From positions 3,729 to 67,728 of the IMG/VR virus record IMGVR_UViG_3300012931_000002: a stretch of DNA of 64,000 bases. One strand, 5' to 3'. The position numbers and the translations under genes were made by a program. The notes beneath the pieces were generated by a model, which saw only the letters and a program-made list of their open reading frames with translations, made no database searches and had not been told where the DNA came from. Source of the DNA: a virus. Below are positions 18,941 through 27,742 of the stretch, piece after piece; position 1 is the stretch's first letter, and each line of letters starts with the position of its first letter.

Positions 18941-19944
18941 GGTACTACTCGATCATCATAAGCGACCCCGACAGCGGCGAAGTCGTCAAGCCGAAGAGCC
19001 TCGCGGGTCTCAAGTCGGACGCGACGTATACGAGCTACGTCAACGGCGCAAATCTTCCGGGTGCCTTCAACGTCGAACTTGACATTACCGTCTCGAACCT
19101 CGCCGTCCCCATTCAAGACGGGTGGATTCGCGTTTGGGGTATCGCGCTCGAAGACATTAGCCAAGCGCACGACCTCGTCGGAAAACGGATCGAAGTCTAC
19201 GGCGGAATGAAGAAGGGCCTCCCGCTCGCGAAGGAAAAGCAAAGCGGCCTGATTCTTCAAGGCTATATCTTAAAGGCTTGGGGAAACTGGATTGGTCTCG
19301 ATCAGACCCTCGACATGGTCGTAACCGCGAATCTAGGGACGAACGCTGCTCCGAAGAATATCGTCCACAACTGGAAGAAGGGAACCCCCCTAGCCGACGC
19401 GATAGCGTCGACGCTCAAGACGGCGTTTCCGAAATACGATTCAAAAATCGACATTAGCTCTAAGCTGATTCTTTCGGAAGACGATGTCGGCTACTATTAT
19501 TCGGCGGCGCAGTACGCGAAGCACCTTCTCGACACGAGCACGAGCATCGTCGGTGGAAATTATCAGGGGGTAAAAATCCTCCTGACGGAAACGACCTTCA
19601 ACGTCTACGATGGGTCGACGCAGAAGACGCCGGTCGCGATAGCCTTCGAGGACTTGATCGGTCAACCGACGTGGATCGACCCGAACAAGATTCAATTCAA
19701 GTGCGCAATGCGCTACGACCTCTCGGTCGGAGACTATGTTACGCTTCCGAAGAGCGCGATAACGACGACGTCGGCCGCAAGCGCGATACCGGCTGGAAGT
19801 TCGCAGAACGCAAAGAGCATTTTCCAAGGCACGTTCTGGATTGCCGAAGAGCGCCACCTCGGAAACTTCCGGCAGCCCGACGCCGCGAGCTGGGTTACGG
19901 TCTTCAACGCGTCGTCGATCCCTGCGTCCGGTGGAACCGCGTAA
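18937..19944 (+). CDS. Baseplate hub protein
   Basis: GTGA-overlap start (VRYYSIII); EDLIGQPTWI motif; precedes the spike gene. Confidence 0.65.
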   Translation: MRYYSIIISDPDSGEVVKPKSLAGLKSDATYTSYVNGANLPGAFNVELDITVSNLAVPIQDGWIRVWGIALEDISQAHDLVGKRIEVYGGMKKGLPLAKEKQSGLILQGYILKAWGNWIGLDQTLDMVVTANLGTNAAPKNIVHNWKKGTPLADAIASTLKTAFPKYDSKIDISSKLILSEDDVGYYYSAAQYAKHLLDTSTSIVGGNYQGVKILLTETTFNVYDGSTQKTPVAIAFEDLIGQPTWIDPNKIQFKCAMRYDLSVGDYVTLPKSAITTTSAASAIPAGSSQNAKSIFQGTFWIAEERHLGNFRQPDAASWVTVFNASSIPASGGTA

Positions 19945-20654
19945 TGGCCGACAACGCGCAAAAGACATGGTTCGGCCGTGATATGAACCGGTTCGCGGAG
20001 GGGAAGGTCCTCGACGCGATTCAGCTTACTGGTAAGTCGCTACCGGCGTCGGTCGTGGCCGTCTTCGGATCGATCGTCGAAGTCAAGTTCGAGGTCGACG
20101 CGGCGCCGTTTACGCTTCCGCATGTCATAGTTCCTCTCGCCGGTCCGGAATGGATTCGCTATCCGACGCAGATAGGCGACAAGGGTCGCGTGAGTTCTTC
20201 CGACGCGCGGCTCGGAGCTATGAGCGGCCTCGGAAGCGGAACGCCGAAGCTAACGCTTCCTGCGAACCTTTCAGCGCTCGTATTCGAGCCATTTGGGAAC
20301 AAGAACTGGTCGACTACGGACGACGCGCAGGCGGTCGTCATCTATGGCCCGAACGGCGCGATCCTTCGGACGGTCGACAAGAACTCGACGGTAACGGTCA
20401 ATTCGAGCGGGATCGTCGCGAACTTCGGTGGTAAGAAGATCACGATCGACGCTACCGGAATCGTCGCCGAGTTCTCCGGGAAAAAGTTCACTCTAAATGG
20501 AACGGGGCTTACTTTGGATTGCGACCTGATCGTCAACGGCAAGATCGAAAGCACCGGCGACGCGACGCTTGCCGGTACGGTCTCGTTCGGCGGAGGGTCG
20601 CAGGCCGTCATGCTCGCGGACAATTCCGCCGCTACGAAGGTTATGGCGACGTGA
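19944..20654 (+). CDS. Baseplate central spike protein
   Basis: TAATG overlap; OB-fold-like N-terminal region and short beta-repeat C-terminal region. Confidence 0.65.
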   Translation: MADNAQKTWFGRDMNRFAEGKVLDAIQLTGKSLPASVVAVFGSIVEVKFEVDAAPFTLPHVIVPLAGPEWIRYPTQIGDKGRVSSSDARLGAMSGLGSGTPKLTLPANLSALVFEPFGNKNWSTTDDAQAVVIYGPNGAILRTVDKNSTVTVNSSGIVANFGGKKITIDATGIVAEFSGKKFTLNGTGLTLDCDLIVNGKIESTGDATLAGTVSFGGGSQAVMLADNSAATKVMAT

Positions 20655-21001
20655 GAACCTGGGGGCGTACGTACGCCGAAGACGGAAGCTATACGTGGGT
20701 CAAGGTCGAGACCGACGCGAACGGCTTCAACGATATGGTTATGCTGACGACGCTCGTTCAAGTTCTCAAGCTGAACCTCGGCGAATCCCCGTTCTTTGCG
20801 AATTGGGGCATTCCCGCGAAGCAGACGATCGTCCAACAGGTATTTCCCGACTACTACGTCGCAATGACGCAGCAGCAGTTTTCGAGCGCCTTCGCGAGCC
20901 TTATCGTCGCGAAAGAAGACAGCGCGACGCCTAAGTACAAGATCAACATTACGACGCACGACGGCGTCAAACTCAACGCGGAGGTCCCGATTCCGACATG
21001 A
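20651..21001 (+). CDS. Baseplate wedge/sheath-initiator protein
   Basis: GTGA overlap; LKLNLGESPFFANWGIP motif. Confidence 0.6.
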   Translation: MRTWGRTYAEDGSYTWVKVETDANGFNDMVMLTTLVQVLKLNLGESPFFANWGIPAKQTIVQQVFPDYYVAMTQQQFSSAFASLIVAKEDSATPKYKINITTHDGVKLNAEVPIPT

Positions 21002-22419
21002 CCGACGTACCGATCGTCATGACGAAGGCGGGCCGGACGGTGACGACACCCGCGACGCTTCGCGCGGAACTTATAGCCGCGGTCGCGGCCGACGTTCCAG
21101 GCTACACCGCGAATCTTCCTGGATCGCTGATCGAGGATGTTTCGTCGACCGAAGTCGCTGGCCTGTCCGTAGCGGATTCCTTCGTCTCTGAACTGATCAA
21201 CTCCTTGACGCCATACGGCGCGAACGCGTTCCTCAATAACCAGCTCGGGCAGGTCTACGGCGTCCCGAAAGGCGTAGGGTCGAACGGGTCCGTCTACGTT
21301 ACCTTCTACGATGGAACGCCGGGGTATCAGATTTCACAGGGCTTTACGGTATCCGATGGCACCTACCAGTATGTTCTTCGCGAAGGCGGCACCGTCAAAT
21401 CGGACGGCACAACTTCCCCCCTATACGCCGTCGCTTCGCTCTCCGGCACGTGGGCGATTCCCGAGAACACCGTTACGACGATCGTAACGTCGCTTCCGGC
21501 AGGCATCGCCCTATTCGTCACGAATCCGCAAGACGGCACTCCGGCGTCGAGCGATCAAACTGAAGGCGAGTACCGCGCGCAGGTTCTCGAAGCCGGGCTC
21601 GCCGCCGCGACGGGCTTTACGAAGCTCTTAAAGACTGCACTGAAAAAGATCACCGGCGTTCAGTCTCGGCTCGTTTCCGTTCGGCAGGCGACGGGGGGAT
21701 GGGAAGTTCTCGTCGGAGGCGGTGACCCTTACGAAGTCGGTGGCGCTATATTCGACGCCTTGTTTTGGCTTCCCGGACTCGTCGGGTCGACGATGATGAT
21801 TTCTGGAATCACGAAGGCGAATCCCGGTGTCGTCACGACCGAACTCAATCACGGCCTCGCCACCGGGCAGTCGAACGTCTACATTTCCGATGCGCTAGGG
21901 ATGACCGGCGCGAACGGCGGTCCCTATACAGTTACGGTTCTTTCGCCGACGACGTTCTCGTTCGGCGTCGATACGACGGGATTCGGGACCTATACGGGCA
22001 GCGGCGTCGTTACGCCGAATGCCCGAAACATCGTCGTTTCGATTAACGACTACCCCGACGTCTACACGATTCCGTTTGTCAATCCGCCGCTTCAAACGGT
22101 CACGATGGCCGTCACGTGGAACACGACGTCGACTAACTCCGTTTCGGACACGTCCGTCGCGCAGGCCGCTGCTCCGGCGATCGCCGACTACGTCAACGCG
22201 ATTGCGGCAGGCGTTTCAATGAATTTGTTCGAGCTTCAATCGACCTTTCAGACCGCCGTCGAGTCGCTGATAGCAACTTCGCTTCTGACGCGGCTCGTGT
22301 TCGCGGTTTCGATCGACGGAATAGGTGTGTCGCCGGAGGCCGGAACTGGAATAATCGCGGGCGATTCCGAAAGCTACTTCTCGACGGCTTCGTCGAACAT
22401 CTTGATCGTGAGGGGCTAG
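20998..22419 (+). CDS. Baseplate J-like wedge protein with inserted beta-domain
   Basis: YTANLPGSLIED, TPYGAN and TEGEYRAQV motifs; insert ISGITKANPGVVTT..HGL. Confidence 0.75.
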   Translation: MTDVPIVMTKAGRTVTTPATLRAELIAAVAADVPGYTANLPGSLIEDVSSTEVAGLSVADSFVSELINSLTPYGANAFLNNQLGQVYGVPKGVGSNGSVYVTFYDGTPGYQISQGFTVSDGTYQYVLREGGTVKSDGTTSPLYAVASLSGTWAIPENTVTTIVTSLPAGIALFVTNPQDGTPASSDQTEGEYRAQVLEAGLAAATGFTKLLKTALKKITGVQSRLVSVRQATGGWEVLVGGGDPYEVGGAIFDALFWLPGLVGSTMMISGITKANPGVVTTELNHGLATGQSNVYISDALGMTGANGGPYTVTVLSPTTFSFGVDTTGFGTYTGSGVVTPNARNIVVSINDYPDVYTIPFVNPPLQTVTMAVTWNTTSTNSVSDTSVAQAAAPAIADYVNAIAAGVSMNLFELQSTFQTAVESLIATSLLTRLVFAVSIDGIGVSPEAGTGIIAGDSESYFSTASSNILIVRG

Positions 22420-22422
22420 TCG

Positions 22423-22833
22423 ATGGCATCCGTTCAATCTAACCCCGGCTGGCTGCTCGGATACGTTCCATCACCGGCCGAGTGGGCTGCGGCGTTCTCA
22501 GGAAAGCAAGACGCGCTGCTCTCGAATACGTCGGTAAGCGCCGACGCGACGATCCTCGATACGGCGTGCAAGGTCACGGTCGATACGAGCGCAGGCGACG
22601 TCGTTCTTCGCTTCAATCCGACTTCCGGAACAAGCATCCTTCAAAATACCGTCCGCGTCGTCAAGCGTAGCGCAACCCCGAACGCGAACATAGTCTACAT
22701 TACGCTAGACGGAGTCGCTGCGAACGCGGTCGCGACCATTACGACGGAAAATGGTTCGGCGGGGGCGAACGGCGCCGGATTCATGATCGTCGACGCGAAC
22801 GGTTCGACGATCGAGGCGTACGGCGTAAGCTGA
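22423..22833 (+). CDS. Tail-associated hypothetical protein
   Basis: N-terminal PGW..GYVPSPAEW..AFSGKQD segment plus a beta-domain shared with 4183..4785. Confidence 0.6.
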   Translation: MASVQSNPGWLLGYVPSPAEWAAAFSGKQDALLSNTSVSADATILDTACKVTVDTSAGDVVLRFNPTSGTSILQNTVRVVKRSATPNANIVYITLDGVAANAVATITTENGSAGANGAGFMIVDANGSTIEAYGVS

Positions 22834-23534
22834 TGCTTTCCAAAACGATCCCGGCCTATCTCTATCAACAGTACAACGACGACGAGTCGCTTCAGGCGTT
22901 CGTCAGTGCGTATAATACAAAGTCGCAGGACTACGTCGCGTGGTTCAACGCGATCAACCTCCCAATCTATACGGGGGCGCCGATCGTCGGCGACCTTTTA
23001 GATTGGGAAGCTGCGGGCCTCTATGGTATGGTCCGGCCGTCGCTTTCGGCATCGGGAAGCGCGGAGACGACCGGCCCCTTGAATACGGCCGCGCTAAACA
23101 CGGCACCGTTAAACGGATATGAATCCGTAGGCGGGTCATCCCCGGACCCGGCCGTTACGGACGACATCTTCAAGCGCATTCTGACGTGGCACTTCTACAA
23201 AGGCGATGGAAAGACCTTCAGCGTTCGGTGGCTCAAACGCCGCGTCGTTCGGTTTCTTTACGGGGTGAACGGAACCGACGTCGACGTAGGATCGACCTAC
23301 GACGTTAGCGTCACGTTCGGCCCCGACACGCTCGCTACGATTACGCTTACATACGCCGAAAACGCCTTCTCCGGAATCGGGATATTCGCCATCGGCGTTT
23401 CTCCGATCGGCGGCGTCCCGATCCCTTCCGATCTTTTCGCCTTCGCGCCGGTCCTAAAAGCCGGAATCGAGGGCGGTGTACTCGAACTGCCGTTCCAGTT
23501 TACCTACGCGGTCGACATTTCCGCGGTCACGTGA
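22833..23534 (+). CDS. Baseplate wedge protein (DUF2612-like)
   Basis: TGATG overlap; GDLLDW and TDDIFKRILTW motifs; lies before the fibre gene. Confidence 0.65.
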   Translation: MLSKTIPAYLYQQYNDDESLQAFVSAYNTKSQDYVAWFNAINLPIYTGAPIVGDLLDWEAAGLYGMVRPSLSASGSAETTGPLNTAALNTAPLNGYESVGGSSPDPAVTDDIFKRILTWHFYKGDGKTFSVRWLKRRVVRFLYGVNGTDVDVGSTYDVSVTFGPDTLATITLTYAENAFSGIGIFAIGVSPIGGVPIPSDLFAFAPVLKAGIEGGVLELPFQFTYAVDISAVT

Positions 23535-23541
23535 GGACCTC

Positions 23542-25218
23542 ATGGCACTGATCCTTTGGAGCAATAACGCGAAGACGACAATCGCGGGCTCGATCGCGGC
23601 CGACGCGACGACGGTCAACCTCGCGAGCGGCGCTGGGGCTTTGTTCCCAAATCCGACCGACGGCGACTACTTCCTTTTGACGTTCGTCGATGCCGCGACG
23701 AAGCTGATTTCCGAAATCGTCAAAGTCACCGCGCGAAGCACCGACGCCTTGACGATCGTCCGCGCGCAAGAAGGCACCGCTGCGCGGGCGTGGACCGCCG
23801 GAGATATTGCATCGAATCTTTGGACCGCCGGTGCCGCCGCAGCCATGACGCAACCGCCTACGCTACAAGCTCAAGCGACGAATTACGCCGTCGACGCGGG
23901 AACCGCGAACGCGATCGTCGTGTCGCTTACGCCAGCCCCGGCGGCACTCGCCGCCCTTACCGGCGCCCCGCTCCGCGTCAAAAAGTCCGCGGCGGCGAAC
24001 ACGGCGGCCGTCACGATCGCCGTCGACGGTCTCCCCGCTACCCCCCTGGTTCACGGCGATGGCACGGCGATCGGTAGCGGAGAGCTTCCGGCGAATGGAT
24101 TGTTTTCGACCATCTTCGACGGAACGAACTTCATCCTCCAAAGCCCTATGAACGTCGCAGGCGGCGTTACGACGGCGCAGCTTCAGGCGCAGGGGGGGAA
24201 CTACGCGGCGGATTCGGGCACCGCGAACGCGGCGGCCGTGACGCTTGCGCCCGTTCCGGCGAACCTCGCCGCGATCCTCGGGGCGCCGATCCGCGTCAAG
24301 AAGATCGCGTCGATCAATACCGGGGCGATCACGCTTTCGGTCAACGGCCTGACGGCGACGCCGATCAAACTTCCGAATGGGGCCGACCCGCTTTCGGGGA
24401 TGCTCGCGGCCTCTGCGATTTTCGAGGTCGCATATGACGGAACGAACTTCGAGCTTTTGTCGACTCCGACCGGCCTCGCGCCGCTGAACGCTCCGGCGCT
24501 CGTCAACCCGACTGCGACGACACCGACGGACCCGGCGGACGATTCACAGAAGATCGCGACGACGGAGTGGGTCAACGACTCGTCGATTGTTGCCGCGAAG
24601 ATTCAGGCGCAGGCCGGAAACTACGCGGTTGATTCCGGAAGCACCAATACGGTGCTCATATCCTTGACGCCAGCACCGGCGTCGCTTACGGCGCTCGCAG
24701 GCGTTCCGATCCGGATTAAAAAAAGTAGCACGGACGCGAGTATACCGACGCTCAAAGTAGGGTCGCTGGCCGCGAAGTCCATCGTATATCCGAAAATGCC
24801 TGGGGGATCGTTTAGGACGACTGTGTACATTCCTCGCAATTCGATCTTCCAGGTGATGTACAACACGACCAGCGACAGCTTTGAAATCTTTTCTGCCGTC
24901 GCCTACGCCTCTCGTGCCACGAACGGCTATACGATTCATCCCGATGGAACGATGGACGCTTGGGGAACGACTTCGGCGTATAGTCAAGGGGATGGCGCAT
25001 TCGTCGTGTCGTTTCCTATCACGTTTACTGCATGCTACAATGTTCAAGCGTCTTTGATAAACTCAAGCGCCGGTTTAGGTACCGACTATGATCAAGTAGC
25101 TCATGTCGTTTCGTGGAATACGACCGGAACTACGCTGCTTGTGCAAGCGTTTGGAAGCGCGAGCACATCGCAGGCGTTCCCCGTTTCGTGGCGCGCGGTT
25201 GGGCTTTATGGGACTTAA
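23542..25218 (+). CDS. Tail fibre protein
   Basis: GAGGA RBS; EIVKVTAR...LTIVRAQEGT N-terminal domain, three internal repeats, C-terminal NGY..HPDG....WG...FP..F domain. Confidence 0.8.
   Translation: MALILWSNNAKTTIAGSIAADATTVNLASGAGALFPNPTDGDYFLLTFVDAATKLISEIVKVTARSTDALTIVRAQEGTAARAWTAGDIASNLWTAGAAAAMTQPPTLQAQATNYAVDAGTANAIVVSLTPAPAALAALTGAPLRVKKSAAANTAAVTIAVDGLPATPLVHGDGTAIGSGELPANGLFSTIFDGTNFILQSPMNVAGGVTTAQLQAQGGNYAADSGTANAAAVTLAPVPANLAAILGAPIRVKKIASINTGAITLSVNGLTATPIKLPNGADPLSGMLAASAIFEVAYDGTNFELLSTPTGLAPLNAPALVNPTATTPTDPADDSQKIATTEWVNDSSIVAAKIQAQAGNYAVDSGSTNTVLISLTPAPASLTALAGVPIRIKKSSTDASIPTLKVGSLAAKSIVYPKMPGGSFRTTVYIPRNSIFQVMYNTTSDSFEIFSAVAYASRATNGYTIHPDGTMDAWGTTSAYSQGDGAFVVSFPITFTACYNVQASLINSSAGLGTDYDQVAHVVSWNTTGTTLLVQAFGSASTSQAFPVSWRAVGLYGT
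23866..24900 (+). repeat. Three diverged ~100-aa repeats in the tail fibre
   Basis: QAQ..NYA.D.G..N....L.P.PA.L.A..G.P.R.KK starting at 23866, 24184 and 24604. Confidence 0.8.
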
Positions 25219-25222
25219 GCAA

Positions 25223-25597
25223 ATGAGTAGCATCGGTGAACTCGCGTCGAAGGCAAAAGAAGTGCTGGTTTCTATCGGCAGTACGCCGCAACCAGAAGAC
25301 CCGATGTTCGTGAAAATTACGCGTTCGGCCGTGCTCTGGATGTGCGGTATCACGCTGCTTTTTATGGGATGCTGGTCCGCGTATAAGGGCGATGGCATAA
25401 TCGGAACGGCAGTCATTGCGTCGGTAACGGTCATTGCCCAGCAATTCGGCTCGCAGCGTACCGACGAAAAGAAGGCCGCATTCCTTGCCTCGACCGAGGA
25501 CAAGAAAACCATCACGGGCGCCGCAACGATCGACAAACAAACGGCCGCAACTGCTTCGTCAACCGACAAGCAGACCGCGGCCATAGCAGGAGAGTAG
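25223..25597 (+). CDS. Putative holin (two hydrophobic segments)
   Basis: AVLWMCGITLLFMGCW and IIGTAVIASVTVIA segments, charged tail, upstream of spanins. Confidence 0.5.
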   Translation: MSSIGELASKAKEVLVSIGSTPQPEDPMFVKITRSAVLWMCGITLLFMGCWSAYKGDGIIGTAVIASVTVIAQQFGSQRTDEKKAAFLASTEDKKTITGAATIDKQTAATASSTDKQTAAIAGE

Positions 25598-25598
25598 C

Positions 25599-25751
25599 AT
25601 GACGAACAAAGTGACGGAAATCGTGAACGAAGCCGGCGAGAACTGGGGCACCTTCCGCAAGTGGCTGTCCCGCAATCCGCTGACCGGGTTTTGGTCCGGC
25701 GTCGGCGGTACGGCGGTAGTCATGGGTGTATTATGGGGGCTGCTCGGCTGA
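25599..25751 (+). CDS. 50-aa single-TM protein (not in ORF track)
   Basis: GGAG RBS; MTNKVTEIVNEAGENWGTFRKWLSRNPLTGFWSGVGGTAVVMGVLWGLLG. Confidence 0.55.
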   Translation: MTNKVTEIVNEAGENWGTFRKWLSRNPLTGFWSGVGGTAVVMGVLWGLLG

Positions 25752-25788
25752 TCCGAAACCAACCCGAATCGTAATCAGGGGGTCCGTC

Positions 25789-26376
25789 ATGTTGGCGCTT
25801 CTAAAAACCGCTTGGTCAGCCGCGTCCGGCGCGCTTGGCGGCGTGTGGGGATATGTTGCGGCCGGCGTCGTCTCGGCGGCGCTGGCCGGATACGCCTCCT
25901 ACGCGGTCACCGCGGCCTTCAAGGACAACACTATCAAGGATATGACGATTGCCCAGCAGGCCGCCGTTGTAAAAGCGTACAAAAAGGGCTGGGTGATCCG
26001 CGACAAGCAGCAGGAGGAAACCCGCAAGGCGGACCTCGACAACGCCTACCAGCAGGGCAAGCTGGCCGGTAATACGAAGGAGATTCTTCGCTATGTTACG
26101 AAGTACGTCACCGTTCAAGACGATGCTCGCTGCAAGCTGCCTGTTGGGTTTGAGCGCGTGCTCGACGCAGCCGGACTCGGTGTCCCCGTCGACGAGCTTC
26201 CCAACCGCTCCTCAGAGCCTGACAGTGCCGGTTCCAGCCTATCACTGTCTGATGCCACAGCACTGCTCGCCGACAACCTCGGAACCTGCGCCGGCCTCCG
26301 CGCCCGTATCGTAAATGCGCGCGACGACTGGGCGGCGCAAGAGACGGTGGCGAAACCGTCGCCGCAACCTAACTAG
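25789..26376 (+). CDS. Rz-like inner-membrane spanin
   Basis: N-terminal TM, helical periplasmic region with Cys, embedded lipoprotein gene. Confidence 0.7.
   Translation: MLALLKTAWSAASGALGGVWGYVAAGVVSAALAGYASYAVTAAFKDNTIKDMTIAQQAAVVKAYKKGWVIRDKQQEETRKADLDNAYQQGKLAGNTKEILRYVTKYVTVQDDARCKLPVGFERVLDAAGLGVPVDELPNRSSEPDSAGSSLSLSDATALLADNLGTCAGLRARIVNARDDWAAQETVAKPSPQPN
26093..26314 (+). CDS. Rz1-like outer-membrane spanin embedded in the +1 frame (start 26093 or 26123)
   Basis: Lipobox LSAC followed by a Pro-rich mature part; fully nested in the Rz-like gene. Confidence 0.7.
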   Translation: MLRSTSPFKTMLAASCLLGLSACSTQPDSVSPSTSFPTAPQSLTVPVPAYHCLMPQHCSPTTSEPAPASAPVS

Positions 26377-26390
26377 TACGGTTCGCCTAG

Positions 26391-26483
26391 CACCGCGGCG
26401 GTGGGCCGTTCGAACGGCGCCCGCCGGACCTAACCCCCTCCGGGTCCGACAGGCGGTCACTCGGACGGTCCTCCGCCGCGGTG
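26391..26483 (+). other. Multi-branched structured intergenic element
   Basis: 11-bp closing inverted repeat CACCGCGGCGG/CCGCCGCGGTG enclosing internal hairpins. Confidence 0.5.
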
Positions 26484-26500
26484 TTCAATAAGGAGGTATC

Positions 26501-26872
26501 ATGAAGAAAATCGTTCTAGGCATCGCCGCGGTCTGGTTGATCGCCTTCGCCGTTCCGCTCGGCGGATGCTCGACCGTTACGGCGGTCTACGACACGCTTA
26601 CGTCGACGTCGCCGACGCAGGAGAACGCCGCCGCGGCGGCCGAGAACCTCTATACCGCCACGGTCTCGCTTGGAACCGCGTACGTTCGCTCCGGGAAGGC
26701 GACGGCGGCGCAGATCGACCGGATGGCGGCTATCGAGGCCGGGGCCTATGCCGCGCTCCTCGACGTCCGGAAAGCCGTCAAGAGCGGAAAATCGGGCGCG
26801 CTCGCCGCGGCGAAGGCCGCCCTCGACACCTACAACGCGCAGATGCGCGCCGCTACGGGAGAGCCGTCATGA
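26501..26872 (+). CDS. Lipoprotein
   Basis: AAGGAGG RBS; MKK, hydrophobic core, lipobox LGGC. Confidence 0.75.
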   Translation: MKKIVLGIAAVWLIAFAVPLGGCSTVTAVYDTLTSTSPTQENAAAAAENLYTATVSLGTAYVRSGKATAAQIDRMAAIEAGAYAALLDVRKAVKSGKSGALAAAKAALDTYNAQMRAATGEPS

Positions 26873-27192
26873 GTGAATCCGGAAAATCCATTGCGAAGCC
26901 GACCGTCGAATCCGTCGTTTCCGAAATCTTCAACGTCGCGACGACCATCGCGGCCGTCTTCCCGGTCGGCGCCGAAGTCGCGGGCGCGATCAAGCTCGCC
27001 GCGACGGTCGCGAATGGCCTCGTCAACGCGGTCCCGTCCGTCGTCGCGCTCTACGACAACATCAAGGCCGCCGTAGAAGGCGGCGCGGCGCCGACCGCCG
27101 AGCAGTGGGCTTCCTACAACGCCGCGGCCGATACCGCTCACGTCAAATGGCTCGCGGCCGTAGCCGAAGCGCGGGGCACCAGTACGAGCTAG
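26869..27192 (+). CDS. Ala-rich hypothetical protein coupled to the lipoprotein gene
   Basis: ATGA overlap, start MSESGKS. Confidence 0.6.
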   Translation: MSESGKSIAKPTVESVVSEIFNVATTIAAVFPVGAEVAGAIKLAATVANGLVNAVPSVVALYDNIKAAVEGGAAPTAEQWASYNAAADTAHVKWLAAVAEARGTSTS

Positions 27193-27220
27193 TTCGGCGC
27201 TTCGAGAATCGATCAGAAAG

Positions 27221-27253
27221 AAGGCCCGGCGCGAAAGCGTTCCGGGCCTTTTC
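27221..27253. terminator. Terminator at the convergence of the two genome arms
   Basis: AAGGCCCGG-cgcGAAAgcgtt-CCGGGCCTTTT between convergent genes. Confidence 0.7.
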
Positions 27254-27419
27254 ATCGGCGCGGTACGCCGCCCTTCCAAAAACGCTGCATGATCGCCGCC
27301 ACGCATCCGACGAAGAAGATCGCGAAGAACGCTGCGAGTACCGTCCTCGGAAACGCGAAGGTGACCACGACGAAAATAACGAAGCTAAGTAGGCCGATGA
27401 ACGTGTTCCAGAGAGTCAT
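27252..27419 (-). CDS. 55-aa two-TM membrane protein (not in ORF track)
   Basis: MTLWNTFIGLLSFVIFVVVTFAFPRTVLAAFFAIFFVGCVAAIMQRFWKGGVPRR; AAGGGA upstream. Confidence 0.55.
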   Translation of the reverse strand: MTLWNTFIGLLSFVIFVVVTFAFPRTVLAAFFAIFFVGCVAAIMQRFWKGGVPRR

Positions 27420-27434
27420 GTCAATGTTCCCTTA

Positions 27435-27617
27435 TCATTCGCAAAGGCAGACGGTGACGCATAGTTCCCGCGCGATTAGGAGTCCTCCGAGGACGGCGGG
27501 GCCGCCGAGGACGATCGCGGCGACGACCCATCCTATCGATAAAACACCCCCTGCCCGTTCGGCATCGCGGCGGCGCCAGGGGATTTTCGGCGGGTTCGGC
27601 GGGAAGTAGGCGGTCAT
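27435..27617 (-). CDS. Small membrane protein
   Basis: Hydrophobic C-terminal half; packs tightly with neighbours. Confidence 0.5.
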   Translation of the reverse strand: MTAYFPPNPPKIPWRRRDAERAGGVLSIGWVVAAIVLGGPAVLGGLLIARELCVTVCLCE

Positions 27618-27742
27618 AACGCCAGCACCTTTATCCGCTCGCAGACGGCCCGTGCGGTCGTTTCCCAGTCGTCGTAGTAGCCTTCCGGGGCCGCGAGGAC
27701 GGCGTTCCCTACGGCGTCACGTATCTCCAGGCCCTCGACCTT

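Noticed and set aside
23542-25218. Diversity-generating retroelement or invertible fibre cassette
   Set aside because: No reverse transcriptase, invertase or near-identical template repeat is seen; the fibre repeats are old and diverged.
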